A stretch of 64,000 nucleotides of DNA from Marsupella aquatica (lineage: Eukaryota > Plantae > Marchantiophyta). A program made the position numbers and the translations under genes. Of this stretch, positions 35,301 through 49,751 are shown piece by piece (within the stretch, counting starts at the first letter, position 1; every line of letters starts with the position of its first letter). The DNA is taken from assembly GCA_973895155.1 (NCBI GenBank), contig OZ316897.1, forward strand, positions 7,988,470 to 8,052,469. Direction: 5' to 3'. Under the pieces are notes generated by a model. The model was not told the DNA's origin, made no database searches, and worked only from the letters and a program-made list of their open reading frames with translations.

Positions 35301-37104
35301 TTGTCTTCAATATATTAAACTCTTCCTACCAATATTACACAAAACTATGTTGACTCCATCACAATATTGAATATGTACAATCTTTCCTTGTATGGATGGA
35401 CCCCATGTTAAATCTACGTCAAGTTAATGCAGTCCATACACCAGAATATAAACCAGTCAAGTTAATGCGGTCCATACACCAGAATATAAACCAATACAGT
35501 ATATTTGTGATCTACAAACCAAGTGCTTTGAACGACATGTGTCTTGGTTTATGTTCTGATTGTACGGTTAACAAAGATTTAACGATTTAACACACAGTCA
35601 TAGATCATGGAGGGAGGATCCTCCTTGATCCTCGTGCATTGGGTTAAAAAGTTGTTGTCTCATTTGATTCTTTATTGCTTGGACAATTGTGCAACTCTTT
35701 TTAAGTCACACTAAACTAAATTCACACTTTGGCTTTATTCCTTATCTTTGACCAGATTTCTCAATTTTTCTGCCCTGCAAATTTGAACAACGACCACACC
35801 ATATTTTGGCGCAACCTCTTAATATAGTTCTTCATACATAATGTGGTAGTAGCCATTCATTGACCAAGATGTAATTTGAGTCCCATGTCACAATGGAACA
35901 AAATGTGCCTTTGCCCTTGGATAATGTACCTCTAGGTGACGGGAAGATTTTGTCACTCTTTTCTAGTGCAAGAGTTAATGCCCTAGAGGATGTGGTTGTT
36001 GCAGAACCTACTAGCAAGAGCAATGTTGCAATTGTTGTGCAAATGTTTTTTTGCTATCTTGTGGATTTGGTTTTACTACTTGCTTTCTTTGGGACTCTAC
36101 ATCCTTGTTTTACCTTTTCATGCGACCATGTGTTGTTAGTGTAAAGCGGATGCCTTATCCCCAGGTTATGCCCTCATTGGTTTCTCTAGCAAGTTGGTGG
36201 TTCATTGTATGTGGCACTGCCTTACTCAGGCATTCACTACTATGGGGAGGGCAAAGATTGTTTGTTTGAGGGCCTGTAGACATATCAATCTTCATGCCCC
36301 TCCTATGCAGTTCACTCTTGAGCTTTACCAGGGGTTTTGTTTCCTATATGGCTTCCTGTTGGGTTGGGTTTCAGAGTTGATTTTCATGTGAGCGGCCCTA
36401 TGTTTTCCAGCCCTCAACTTCACGCAATCATGGCATAGAAGTACTCACTGAGATTATTGTGGTAAATCTTCCTTGTCTGGCAGAGCTTATGTGCACCAGA
36501 CAAACTAAGTGCGTAACCAAAGGCCAGCGCCGGAAAGTTTCCCGCATTTGAGGTCCCATCCTTTCAATTTCAAATAGAACTAAATGTGTCCGGCATAACC
36601 TGTAGTGGGCAACTACAACGAGGGAATCCAAACACAAGGGCAATCATCACAAGTAGCAGGGACAAGGTTTATTTTTTCCCCACAAAGTTTGCAAGTGCTT
36701 AGGGCCGAATTCATTTGCCTTGATATAGCCAAACCTATCCAACAGACAACAGACATTCTACTTTGGAATATGCGCCACTGTCAGGGCAACGCACAAGGGA
36801 GGACAATACCCAGGGATCCGGCAAGGACCAGTACCATGCAGGAAGGAGAGAGGGGTCCAACCCTCTCTTCCACACGAAAATACACATACACATACCCTCC
36901 ACACACGAGCATGCGTGGGGATTGAACAACCAGTACTCCCACCACTACAGTCACCCCACCCACACAAAAACACACACACACATGGGTGGGGTTGAAGCTA
37001 ATCCCCTCACAAACTTTAGAGCCAAATTCTTCAGGGCTCCATAAGTGGAAGTTGGCCCATAGTTTCTTTGCTAGACTTTTGACCTTGTTTGGCCCTTTTG
37101 TCTT

Positions 37105-37245
37105 CCTGGGGATTTCCTCTTGTTTTACCTCTATTGGGTCTCGATTTCCACTTGTTTTACCCCCCTTATTGGGCCTGGGGATTTCCACTTGTTTTACCTC
37201 TATTTGGTCTCGATTTCCACTTGTTTTACTTATTGGGTCTCCTGC
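37105..37245. repeat. ~33-37-bp tandem repeat (4 units) upstream of the proteasome gene
   Basis: GATTTCC(A/T)CTTGTTTTAC...TATT(G/T)GG(T/C)C repeated four times; one unit has TGGGCC. Confidence 0.8.
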
Positions 37246-37626
37246 ATTTGGGATCCTGTCTCCCAATTTGACATCTTCTTGTTCTTCGGCAATGTAATAA
37301 CCAGGTACGCAGCTACTTATTTTAGGTTGAAGCATTGCAGAATCATAGTTTTACCAACACTCAATCAGTTTTCAGTCATCTTCGAATTTGACAACTAAAT
37401 TGCTACCACAATTTTCTGCAATGTTGGCTCCTGCAGTTGATTTTGACGTCTCGTGGGCAATCGGAGCTCCTGGTTTTTGCCATCGACCATCTGAAGAAAA
37501 CTGAGAATCTGCATAAGCTCGACCGGTTTCGTCCCCACTCTCCTGCGATTTCTCCCTGCGGACGGACAGACAAGAATTCTATTCGGGAGAGCTCTGTTTT
37601 CTCTCGCGAACAGCAACTTCTTCAAC

Positions 37627-40600
37627 ATGTTTCTCACAAGGTGTACTCCCTTTGATTCTTTGTGCTTTCCATATACATCTCTGTCTATCGCTGCCTCTGA
37701 CCCCTGTATGCTTTATACCCTGGACAAAATCATGCTTAATATCTCTGTGGTCAACATCTCCATGATTTTCACTCATTTCTTTCTTGTCGACCCCTTGTTT
37801 TTAGGCTTTGTGGCACAAATGACACTAAGAAAACCGTTAGATTTCGACATGGGCCGGGGATAGTTAGTGCATTAGGGCAAGAGAACGAGGGACATACAGA
37901 AATAGTTAAGTCAAAGGTGATGAGGTTGGCGAATCAATGTTCATCTCAGGGGAATTGAATAATCGCTGCTCATGAGTCGGAGGTTTGAGTATTTTTAGGG
38001 TAGTGGGTTTCTTTGTCGTTGCGACATATCCCTGTTAGTCTGGTGACATAGATCAGTCTGACCGAATTGTGTGTCATTCCGTAGGAACGGGTTTAGGTCG
38101 TCGAGGTCAATTGTATGGGTAGGTCGACATCGGACATCCTTTGTTTCCGTGACGGAGGTTCTTGCGAGTAAATGTTTCGGAATGTTTTGATACCTCTTCT
38201 CAGCTTCCTTGTTCCTCTTTCTGTTCTCAGGTCGCAATTATGAATCGAGCATTGGATACGTTGACTTTCTTATTTCACCACTTTAATTTCCATATCTCTT
38301 TGTGATACGTTGTACCCTGGTAGCTGGAGTCTATCGCCAAACCCTCTTTTTTGAACCAAGTGACTTCTGTCAATATTATTCCAGGAATGAGGGAAAGTGG
38401 TCCTAGTGGAAATAAGGAAAACAGAGTACTTCTCCCTGTAAATAAATGGTTTTCCGGGCCTTTCTGGTAGGAATGATGCCCAGGATTTTGCTTCAGGGAC
38501 AACTGTCTTGGGCGTTATTGATCCTAACCGAAGCTCCGCTATCGACGCGTCGTGGTTGTTGAACCCGATGGAAATGTCAGTGTGATATGTACATTTACTT
38601 GCGATGTGTTCAAGAGGATTGTAATTACAGAATTCTCAACTTTTGGCCGTTGTCCCCTGATCCTAAATTCTTTGTTCTATGCAGGAGCGAGTATGACAGG
38701 GGAGTCAATACTTTCTCACCTGAAGGGCGCCTGTTTCAAGTGGAATATGCAATTGAGGCTATTAAGGTATATCAGAGACCGTGTCTAGATTATGCCTACG
38801 GTATCCTATCACGATCTGGTTTAGTTTCTATTGAAAGGAGCGTTGTACCGTCCTCTCTGCATTACTCCTATTTGCTGAAGGACCTAGCCTGTTCAGTAGT
38901 GCCTTATCCATGTTCCATCTATAATCTTCCTTCGAGCTATGAATGGTTACGGTCTTCCTCGGGAGATTGAACATCGCTTGAACTTAGTGTCTCACGGCAG
39001 CTGTTTTAGTTTCATTTCATACTGTTGGGTGCTACTTCCTTCATAATAGAAGCAATTGGTCTTGCTTGTTTTTCTCTGTGCAGCTTGGATCAACTGCCGT
39101 GGGTCTAAAGACTAAGCAAGGGGTGGTTCTTGCTGTTGAGAAGCGAATTAGCTCGACCCTTCTTGTAAGTTATCATCTCTTTGCGATTGATATTTCAGGC
39201 GTTCTAGGCGCTACTAGTAAATTCTAAACTTGAGATGGTTTCCATTCCACAACTATGATTGTACTTGTAGACGGTTTCCAGAGGTCAACGATTCGTCACG
39301 AAAAGATTTTCAAGTAAGACGGACATGGCAATTTATTTTCTCACCGATGGGATCAAAGTGGCTGCAAAGTATCATTTTTCTTTACCTCAATGGGGCATGT
39401 CAGTATAAATTGCGAACAAGGAGACCATTCATGGTATTAGCTCTAATGAAGGTCTCATATCGATGATGGTTCAGACCACATGTGTCACAAAATTTATGAA
39501 AGACCTGTGAAGACGAAGAGAACAATCCTCCGGAAATAAAGTTGGGGTTTTGGTGTCGCCTCACATGAGTCTATTGGTGTTGTTCTGCGGTTTCAATGTG
39601 TAGGAGCCTAGCAGTGTTGATAAGATTATGGAAATTGATTCACATATTGGATGTGCAATGAGTGGACTCACTGCCGATGCTCCTACCCTGATAGAGCATG
39701 GACGTGTTGAAACTCAGGTATGCGTTCGGAGTATACACCAATCTTCACGGTGGACATTCAAACTATTTTTGCAGTTTGTCTTCTGGAAACATCGTCGAGC
39801 TTAGTTGTGCTGGTTGTGTTGATTGCATTTGAAAAGAAATCATTTCTAGTTATTTTGCATCTTTCCTAACGAACGTCCACTTCTCGGTCGCTATCTTCTT
39901 TGTCCGTCACTAATTAGATTTTTCCGCTCAAACAATGCAGAACCATAGATTCTCGTACAATGAGCCTATGAGCGTTGAGTCGACAACTCAAGCATTGTGT
40001 GACCTTGCTCTGCGCTTTGGTGAGGGTGATGAAGACTCTATGGTATGTTTTCGAAGACCAAATCTGTTATCATGTGCTTAAGAGTGCGCATTTTGTGTAC
40101 ACTGCCACTATTACCTTCAAGCAACTGCCTTGAATTGAGAACAAAGGATGAACGGATTTAATAGGTGGGCAAACTATTGTGATGTGGTTGGCTTGCTGAC
40201 ATGGGAGTGGATGGTGTTTGTAGATATGTTAAAGTATCGAGTACACTCTTATATACAGTTTAAGAGATCCGATTTCTTATGTTCTCTGGATGTCCTTACT
40301 GCAGTCACGACCGTTTGGAGTTTCACTCCTCATTGCTGGTCATGATGAGACAGGTCCTTGCCTGTAAGTATTTGGCTCACTTCGACTTAAAAAAAAATTT
40401 AATGGAGCTTTACCAATTGTAAACACCAGGCTCGATCGATGTAAGACAGCAGCACTAGGAAAGCTGTCAAATCAATGCGAGTGAAGGAGAGTGCATCACA
40501 CTTGGTCGGCCTGATGAATGCTCCTCGTTGCTCATGACTGACCTGAGGACATTGTGCTGTGCCTGGTAGATACCACACAGATCCATCAGGTACCTTCTGG

Positions 40601-41082
40601 CAGTGTAACGCCAAGGCCATCGGATCTGGATCAGAGGGCGCTGACTCGTCCCTTCAGGAACATTATAATAAAGTGAGTCACTCGTCGCTTCTATTCGAGG
40701 TCCAATTTCACTAGTGCTGTTCACCATCAGAAATTCTCTCGGCCACCTGTTTTGACAAATGCAAGGAATGACTGGATGCCAGGACATGACTTTGAAGGAA
40801 GCTGAAACTCTAGCTTTATCTACGTTGAAGCAGGTTATGGAGGAAAAGGTAGCTATCCCTGTCTATCTTCACAACCTCCTACTTCTAAGGGCAATATGTT
40901 AACCAAACCGTGAACCTATTTTTTGGTGTTTGGGATGCTTGTTTGTGTCCAACGTGTGGGAGCTCCAATCTCGTATTCGTGGTATACAGGTAACAGCTTC
41001 CAACGTGGACATCGCCAAAGTTGCCCCAACGTATCACCTCTACACCGCAGCAGAAGTTGAAGAAGTCATTGGTCAGTTGTAA
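37627..41082 (+). CDS. PAE: 20S proteasome subunit alpha type-5 (237 aa, 9 exons)
   Basis: Exons 37627-37640, 38685-38766, 39084-39164, 39604-39717, 39941-40042, 40305-40363, 40570-40672, 40783-40848, 40990-41082 (714 nt). [36 protein letters not shown]...[12 protein letters not shown]...AIGSGSEGA. Confidence 0.97.
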
Positions 41083-42090
41083 TGAGAGCGAGAAATGTTC
41101 AACTTGTTCTCTTCTCAGAAATCATAGTTCATTTGGCTGCAAATTCAAAGGACTGTAGAAAGTGTAGCCTTCTTGGAAGCGTTCCAAAACTTTGGACTTT
41201 CCACAATTTATGTGATTAAATGGAGAAGCAGTTTTTTGCAGTGTTTACAGTGGTGGATACATGTGATGGTTCTGTTTTTTTAGTTTAACCGCGTATCTGA
41301 GGTCCCCTGAGTGAAGGATTGCAGCGCATTTTTGGGGGTTAAATTCCCTTTCCTGCCAGCCAGTTCTTCCCAAAGGCACTCGTTTGTGGCACAATAAATG
41401 CCAATCGTCATTAACATCATCGCAGAGCAAGACATGGCTCACTGGAGGAAAATCAATGGTTGAAATTTGAGAGCTAGAGATGGCTCCTGTGTGAAAGATC
41501 AATTTTAGGAAGATCTTTGGTTGAAATTTCATCTCTCTGAAACAAAGAACAACAATGGTCATATCCACTCCTCACGTAAAGCCAGCAACAGCAGCAAGTT
41601 TGAACGTTGCAGCTGAGAATGTAGAAGGTCCTGGTTTGAGTATTCGGTAGACCTTTTGAAGAAGAAATACTTAAGCTGATAACGATGCCTAAATCTCTCT
41701 GTCCAAGGTTACAGATCAACAACACTAAATCGATGGCACTGAGAGCAGAGCGTACAGACGCAGATGATATCATTGCTCCTTGAATCAGGACATTCTGGCA
41801 CAAGCAAGATGGATATAGGAAGAAGGGCTTCCTAGACCACTAGTGACAGCATCTGGAGACAAAGAGAAGTGTTTAAAAGTCTCCATTTGTAGCTTCTTGT
41901 ATTTCCCTACGATAATATGAAAAAACTTGTCCAGAGAGACTCCACTTTTCACTTTCTATCTCCTCGGCTTCCTCTTAGATGATCCTCTAGTTCCATGTTT
42001 TCAGGAAAACAAATTAATAATAGTTATTTTGTAGTACCACAGGAGCATCCAGAAGATGCGGTGTTTCAAGACAAAACTCCACAAAGAAGT

Positions 42091-42256
42091 CTAGGAACAT
42101 CCAAGTGACACAGGTGTTTTCAGAGGAAAGTTCAGGAGTTGGAAGTCTAGGCAGGACAAATAAACATTGAAAACTAGGAACATCCAAGTGACATAGGTGT
42201 TTTCAGAGGAATCTTCAGGAGTTGGAAGTCTCGGTAGGACAAATAAACAGTGAAAA
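42091..42256. repeat. 83-bp tandem duplication
   Basis: CTAGGAACATCCAAGTGACA at 42091 and 42174. Confidence 0.85.
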
Positions 42257-44469
42257 CGCCAACAAGAAAATGCATGTATCCTAAAAGTAGAGGACTGAGC
42301 CAATGCGCGCATGAGCGCATCCCAGAATCGGAAGATTAGAAACATTTTGGGGAGGCTCATGAACTGAGCAGGCAAAAGCAAGAAATCAGGTGTTGAGATA
42401 TCTTGTAGGGCCTACACTGCTCATGTCGTAGCTTGTCCACCATTGGGTACCGATCTCACATCGGCTTTGGTGTGAAATTTGTAGATTGAACTTCTATCCA
42501 ATTAGTATCCCAAAATGATCGACAGAAAGGTCTGATACACGAGAAGGAAACGTCTCATTCTGCTGTCCTTGCGATCTCCTTCTCTTTCAGATGTACCATA
42601 AACCAAAGAACCCAAATAAGAACAGACGGAATTTAGTTCGAAACAGGTAGCGGGTAACTTTCGAAGAGGAATTGCAATACACTACAGATTCTTGCTTCTT
42701 AAAGGGCAGCTTACGAGTGTCAGTCAAGATTCAAAGTTTCACTAAGAAGAAAGCATTTGTAGGAATCGTCACTCAATCATCCCAACTAGTGCTGAATGAA
42801 GTATGAATTTACTAAAGATTTCTGTCAAGATCACATAGTCGCCTCGACCACAATTTGAGAGGATTACCGAGGAAGTGATTGACCAATGCTGATCAATGAG
42901 AAACTGTAGCAAGTGCATTCCACTCTAGCAACAGGCTGTGAAGACATTTCAGGCTCTAACAGACTAGAAAGAGAGTATGCAGGTGTGGGAATGTTTGCTC
43001 CCCTCGTAACGGAAGAAAATCAAAGAACAAAATGGAACGACTCAGAGATGGCGCAAAACTTGAAGTGCTGATCTCAAGACCGGAGAAGATTGAAAAACCA
43101 GACATTGTATGAAAGATGGTGCCAATGACGTATGCTGCTCGACTGACAACAAAGGAGGACTGAAGGGGCAATCCCAGCGAGCAAGAGCAGCATTTACCGG
43201 TCATTTTCGCTGGCCTAATTTTTTTCTCGTATGTACTGCTAGGAGCTCATTTGGGTGCTGCCGGAATGCGCAACGGCGGCTTCGAAGTATGGGCGGATGG
43301 CTTTTTCGGGCAGGGTGGCTTCCAAGGATTGGGTTGTGTGCCTTCGAAGAAAGTTCGATAGTTTCTTTTTGGAGTTTCAGTAGATGCATGAATATTTCCA
43401 TTGCATTGCTTGCCCGAAAATGTCGAAGTTCAGTTTTCAGAGGGGATGGTTTCATTCAGGTCGCCTGTTCCTGGAAAGCTCATTTTTACAACCCTTTCGC
43501 GAAGATTGAGTGACAAGACACGCCCCAGATACCATTTCGCCAAAACACAAGACGACCCTTCGTGGGAAACTCATTTATTGTTTCCCTTCAATGCTGCCCA
43601 TTATCCCGCAGCTGCACAGAGAATGTGAATGCGCGGATCCATGTAATAATGGCACAATTCGCTTCAACCCAACAAGAGTACCAGAGAAGGTGAATGCGCG
43701 GATCCATGTAATAATGGCACAAATTGCTTCAGCCCAACACGAGTAGCCCAGCGGTAGCAGTCTCCCGGGAAACAACCTCTTCGCGAAATTGTCGCTGTGT
43801 CTTGTATGCCCGAACTTTTCGGGGGAGATCACCTGAAAGCCAGTGTGAAGCCAGTGTCCGGAGCCCTACCTGGTCGCGATACTCGCAGCTGGGTCAACAT
43901 CAGCTAGACCGTAAGGAGACCAACACATTTGTTTGTCGAAGGAGAAGGACGCGAAAACGGAGGTGTAAGGACAGACGACGACGGCGAGTCTGCTAATGCA
44001 ATTGGGCAGGAAGGCCGGGTATAAGAGAGGGGAGGGAGGAGGGAAACAAGGGAAGTGCGATGAGAGGCAAGGATCCGAGGACACAGGATTGGTTGGTTGG
44101 ACGGATGAGCTCGTCGTGAAGGAGAGCAGCAACAGAAGAAGAAGTGGAGGTGGGTTGATCTTTCTTGGTCTGAGTGTGAAATTCCGGAATTATACGACGT
44201 CAAGTACAGAAATTTGTTCTCGATCTGACTAGTAGGGCTGTTGGACACTCTAAGAAGTTGAAATAGTTTAGTGATTTGACACCTATCGAAGTGATTTGTA
44301 GAGAGCCAATGTTTTCCCAATCTTGCGCTGGATTCTGTGATCTCTCACGGTGGCGAATTCAAAATATAACGAGATGGAGTTCGGATTCTTATAGACGATT
44401 TGCAGTAGAAGGCAAGAAAGCGTCAGTGGCCCCTGAAAAGACGGCTGCGAAATAGGAATGAGAAACGAG

Positions 44470-46588
44470 ATGAAGGTGATACGGGATAAGCAGGAGATGA
44501 GGAACTGGACCCGAGCGACGAAGAGAGGTGGTGAGCGAGTAGCACTGGTTCCGACCATGGGATCGTTGCATGAAGGCCATCTATCTCTGGTCCAGATAGC
44601 CAAGGCCCGTGCGGAACGCGTTGTTGTGTCCATTTACGTGAATCCCGGACAATTTGCACCTGGAGAAGATTTCGGCACCTACCCTCGCAACTTTGAAGCT
44701 GACTTGGAGAAGCTGAAGGTCTGTGCATCTCCCTCTCCTTTCCCGTCCGTGGGTCTTGTAGCTCTCCCTTGGGAAAAAGTACGCTGGATCTTCTTCGTTA
44801 CAGTTCAGTGTGAAAAGTGAGTTCTGTTTTCTTGTTGAGGTATTTTTTCAAGAATCAACTTAGGCTGCAGATCAGCCACTCGTTGTTTAGAAATTCTCGA
44901 CTCTTTAAAATCTAATGAAGTCTCTACTTGTTTTTCCTAACTTTCCAATGTGGACTTGACCTCCTACCCAACGTCTACTTCCATGGTGGACTTTAGCTCT
45001 TAACCTACTCTCCAAGTTGACCTCCTTTGTAGCAGAGAAATGAATGGCAGGTAATGAAGCTCCGTAATCCCGCACACGATGTATTCGAGCAATGTTTAAT
45101 TCCGATTTAGTAAACTTTCCTATCTTGCTGTTTTTGTGGCAGCGGTTCGAGGTAGATGTGATCTTCAACCCATACGATCTATACATTCGAGATGAGTCAG
45201 CAGATGAGGATAATAGCAAATTCAGGAGAGATGGGGAAGATGTCAAAGGGACGAATGGGGAAAGTGTGCCTTCAATTGCTGGAGATGAATATGGTACAGG
45301 GCACGAAACCTGGGTCCGAGTTGAGAGACTTGAGAACCACCTGTGTGGAAAGAGCAGACCGATCTTCTTCAGAGGAGTTGCAACTGTGGTCACCAAGCTT
45401 TTCAATATTGTCGAGCCGGATGTGGCTGTTTTCGGAAGGAAGGATTTCCAGCAGTGGCGTGTCATCTGCAACATGGTACCATACGTCACCAATCTACGAC
45501 TGAAGCAATCTGATGAACAGTCGAAGCATTCATCCCTTCCACATACAATTTCCGTGTCTTTTGTGGTTCCCAATTTCGACATCTCCTGATTGACCTGCAT
45601 AACTTTGCTCTACAATGCGCAGGTACGAGATTTGGACTTTGGCATAGAGATTATTGGGGCACCTCTTCTTAGGGAGCCCGATGGGATTGCCATGAGTTCT
45701 CGAAATGTGCGGCTGACTTCTGAAGAACGACAACAGGTGAGTCTTCTTATAACCACAATACGGTTCAAAGCTAGAGAGCTTGCAGGTGTTCTGTGCCTGT
45801 TGTTCTCCAATGATTTTCATTTTTGCTTCCACCATGTGTATGTCAAGAATGCAACGGTACGTGCTTGCCTGCGGTGAAGTTCTCATTGATGCAATTTGTC
45901 ACCCCGATCAACAGGCTTTGGCCATCAGCCGTTCCTTGAAAGAGGCAGAAGAATTAGTTAAGGGAGGTGAGACTAATGCAGCAAAACTGACAGCTCTGGT
46001 ATACAATGCTATCACTGCAGCAAGCGGCCGAGTGGACTACGTAGAGGTGGGGAATTACCCTTCCCCTCCGTTGATACTAGGGAAGAATATACTGAGCTTT
46101 TCAATCCATTGCTATCGACATCTTGTGAAGGAAGAACGAGCAGAAGTCATATGGTAGACAAAACCTTTTATTCCAGTTGTTAATGGCATCATTCACAAGA
46201 CCTCCTCTTGACCTACACCTTCTCCACTTCATGCGCATCTTTCGTTGTGTCGCTACTGGACATGAATAATGTCCACTCACTGTTCGAGCCCATTTTATTT
46301 CATGCCATCACTGATCTTTAGTTCAGTTCCCTGGAATGACATACCTTCTAACATCCTCTAATGATCATTTAAATGAATGCGTCGTTTCTAGGGACATATT
46401 AGTCAGTTGTTGAATTTGATGTCCTCCAATGATCATTCTAATAGATGAGTTGTCAAATTGTTCAGATGGTGGAGCAAAATTCGCTGAGACCAGTAACGGT
46501 ACTTAACGCGCCTGCTGTCATTGCTGTAGCAGCACATTTTGGCAATGCAAGGTTGCTTGACAATATTGAACTTCAGCTACCATCATGA
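44470..46588 (+). CDS. PANC: Pantoate--beta-alanine ligase (pantothenate synthetase), ~316 aa, 5 exons
   Basis: Exons 44470-44718 (alternative ATG 44458), 45143-45475, 45623-45736, 45915-46046, 46466-46588. Motifs [66 protein letters not shown]. Confidence 0.96.
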
Positions 46589-47597
46589 CAAGATGACTTA
46601 TTCCTCACGCCTGAATGATTAGAATGTCATGATCAACATGTGAAAAGTTTGACGTCTCGCTATAAACGGCTACAGCACCCGTACCAATTTTCTCAACTCC
46701 TTTTTAGGGTAGTAAGTGATTAAAACATTAATTAGGGGCAGTGGAGCACATTAATCCTCACAAAGCTGATCAAGATTGGCTGTTATGTTTCGTTTTATAG
46801 CCTAGCTGAATGACATAAATCGGCCCAACCTTATCGTCGATCTAGTACCTTTGCGGTCTTCCCGGGTGAACTATGCTTTCTGTGCAGTGTGGGTACCTTT
46901 GCTTGTGAAGAGTCTTTACTCAGTTGTTTGAGTCGGACCCTTGATGCATAACTCATTGCAAAATGCCCCAGCCGCTCTCTAATATCAGCCAGTCTCAAGC
47001 TAAACCGCCAATGCTGTTCAAGATGCCAATGAACTAGGCCAACCCGCCTGAATGCTAAATCTCAGTATCAAACAACCAAACTCAGCCATCGGCCAAACTC
47101 GTTGCATGCCCTGGGACAACCTCCACCATGAGAGAATCATTTTACAGGACGTTACGAAAGCTGATACATTATAGTCATATACGGGGTTCCTTTTACAAAC
47201 TGAATTACTATTACTTTTGGCTGTGCTTCGTTTGGTTTTCTCAACAAATCCCTCAACAAATCCAGCGACTTATTAGTCCTTAAAGTAACGGATCAATTTC
47301 GAGTTTTCGAAACGACCATTTCCACACTCGGTGTCGTTCTGGAGGGATCCTAGATGGCATGTCTAAACACAATGTGGTCAAAGATCAAGTGCTCAGACGC
47401 ATGATTCGGCTGCCCAGAATTTCATCGCTTTAGCAAACTGGTAGATAGACTAAAAAGTCCAATGCGTCATTGCGTCATTGCGCCTATTCTCAACATTTAA
47501 TTACTGCGGCAACGATTGCGCCATGGAAGCAGTGAGGCATTCTGCGTGAGAAAAAAGTAGTGCACATCTAGCCTATCAAACCCCACATCACCAGTAA

Positions 47598-49751
47598 TCA
47601 AGAATGAACTGTATTTATGGATTTTGCCTTCAACACTAAGTCCTGAAGTACCAACCTTATACTCTCTGACATATGAGAGTACATCCAGTTTAGGGCTAAT
47701 TCATCAAGAGGGGAATCCACACCCAGTTCTTGTGTTACCTTCTTGTTCTGCGTCGGATCTACATGCAAACATGTACTGTAATCACTTCTGGGTGATGGAT
47801 GACTTGAGATGCTAGAGCCCACAAACCTAGATGCCGAGTAATCATTACCAACTAAGGACCTACACCTGGTCTTAGCAATCATGGCCTTCGCGTCAAGCTT
47901 TAGTTGTGCAACGTCAAATACCATGGGCTCCCCAACAACTATGCTGATGTGCTTCATAAACAATGGAATTGGAGGCCTCTTCCCGAACCAAAAATTCTCT
48001 GGCAAAACCTGAATCAGGAACAAACATCGGCGCAGTTCTTAAAAACTGACGGGTCTATATGTACTTCAAAAACATGATAGCAGCTGGGAACGGTCCGGTG
48101 CATACCTTCTCGAAACCACTGTGAGCAATTGGTAGAATGATAGGGTTGACGTTTGCACGAGCAATAAGACTGGCAACTCCCCATTTAAAACGCCTCATTG
48201 GTTTATCCTCTTGTGATAATTTTCCTTCTGGAAAAGCATGCAACTGTTTGCAGGCAAACATAACACGTTAGCACATCTTCCTACCATGTCTGATAGATCT
48301 TCAATCGCGACTCTTTTGTTCAGTATGCTATAATTTTATCCTCTGGTAAAATTGTCCATTGTACCCCATTGCAGTCCTACTCCTAGCGCAATCTTGTAGC
48401 CTGAGGCTGTAGGCTGAAAATGACCGAGATACAGTTGACGGGTTGGTTTTCTGACAGGTGAGGGCACAAGATCCATGGGGACAACACTATTGACCCACCT
48501 ACAAATGCTCATTGAATGGAGTCTATGGTACCTCAGGTCCAGTATTAAATTAGCTTAAATGTTTCCAATTTTAGTCGATCTCATTTGAGCTTAGTAGTTG
48601 CTCTATGCAGAGGACGTGGCACATGCAGGTATAAATAGAAAGTATTGATTTTAGAACCTCTCAGCAAGACATGGATTGCAGGCCATTTCACATCAGCATT
48701 CATCATCTTGACACACACAAAACATAAACAACAGAAGAGAAGAAGTATTACAGAGCAAATTGGACGAGGACTAGAGGTCTCTCTCATAAAGCGTACTAGG
48801 CTTGGGCGTAGCATCAGCTTACCCAATCACCTTCATTGATAACGTCAAGAGCTTTGTTCATGTGTGGTTGATAAATGCCTGCCCCTCTCGTTATCGGAAT
48901 ACATTTTCCTGTAGAAGTAGACGACGATTTAGTTGGACGTGAACTTAGAGAAAAAGGGAACCACGATTCCAAAGAGAACCGTCTGCTTGTTCTTTGAATT
49001 TAGAGCTGATACATCACTTGTGACTTTCGGAAGCTGTTTCTGAGGTAGATACGAGCATCTGTAATAGCTTCTTTGATCCGAACCCTTAACAGGACGTTCA
49101 CATTATCTTCATTCACGTTTGAGTAGATTGAAGATAACGAATGGCTGTCGTGAACATTACAAAAGGCGTGCCATGGAATTCATTCAGACAGGAATCACCC
49201 ATTTGTGAACCTGGGTTGACCCCAAGGAGCAGCACATGTCCTCACCCAGGCGAAAGAAATATGAGAACAGGTGGTTTGTAAAACAGATGTCTTCCGCAGC
49301 AAGAGTCCACCGGCTCAACCTCGGGTCCTCTATTGGTAGACCTTTCAAGCCCCACATCAATGGATCGTCTATCCTGTACAGAGAGTTGAGCAAACATAAC
49401 TCACACGAGTCTAGGCTCAAATAAACACCTCACACCCTGCCTCACGCATTTCTCAAAGCTCCTTAAGACTAGCTTTCATTCACTTGCCAAGTGAACGGAA
49501 TCAAATTTTCAGTGTGGAAGGAGGTACCCGTACGTGGACATGTGATTGCTGACTGTCAAGAGAGGCGTGCCTGGAGGCCTTGACTGCACCAAGTCAAGCA
49601 AAGTGTCCCTGTTGTAAACCCTGGTCCGATTCATAAAAGAAGTGAAGAGCTTAGCGAGACCACCGATCGTCGAGAGCACCAGGTGCCGGGGGACTCCCCC
49701 GAAATGAGAAGCATTCGAGGCACTCTCGATGAATCTTGAGGTCTTCGACAT
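47598..49751 (-). CDS. TAZ: Tafazzin-family acyltransferase / NAPE synthase-like (326 aa, 5 exons)
   Basis: Exons 49751-49534, 49373-49246, 48908-48823, 48243-48106, 48008-47598 (981 nt). Motifs LLTVSNHMSTIDDP (HxxxxD), RWTLAAEDICF, GKCIPITRGAGIYQ, WLHAFPEGK, RFKWGVASLI. Confidence 0.94.

Noticed and set aside
36781-38502. Long stop-interrupted minus-strand frame (pseudogene?)
   Set aside because: Overlaps the promoter, first exon (MFLTR at 37627) and first intron of PAE; explained by CT-rich composition and the promoter repeat.
41245-44320. Protein-coding gene or MIR319-like locus between PAE and PANC
   Set aside because: No phase-consistent exon chain. GGACTGAAGGG at ~43157 matches only part of miR319 and no hairpin was found. 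A divergent lncRNA cannot be excluded.
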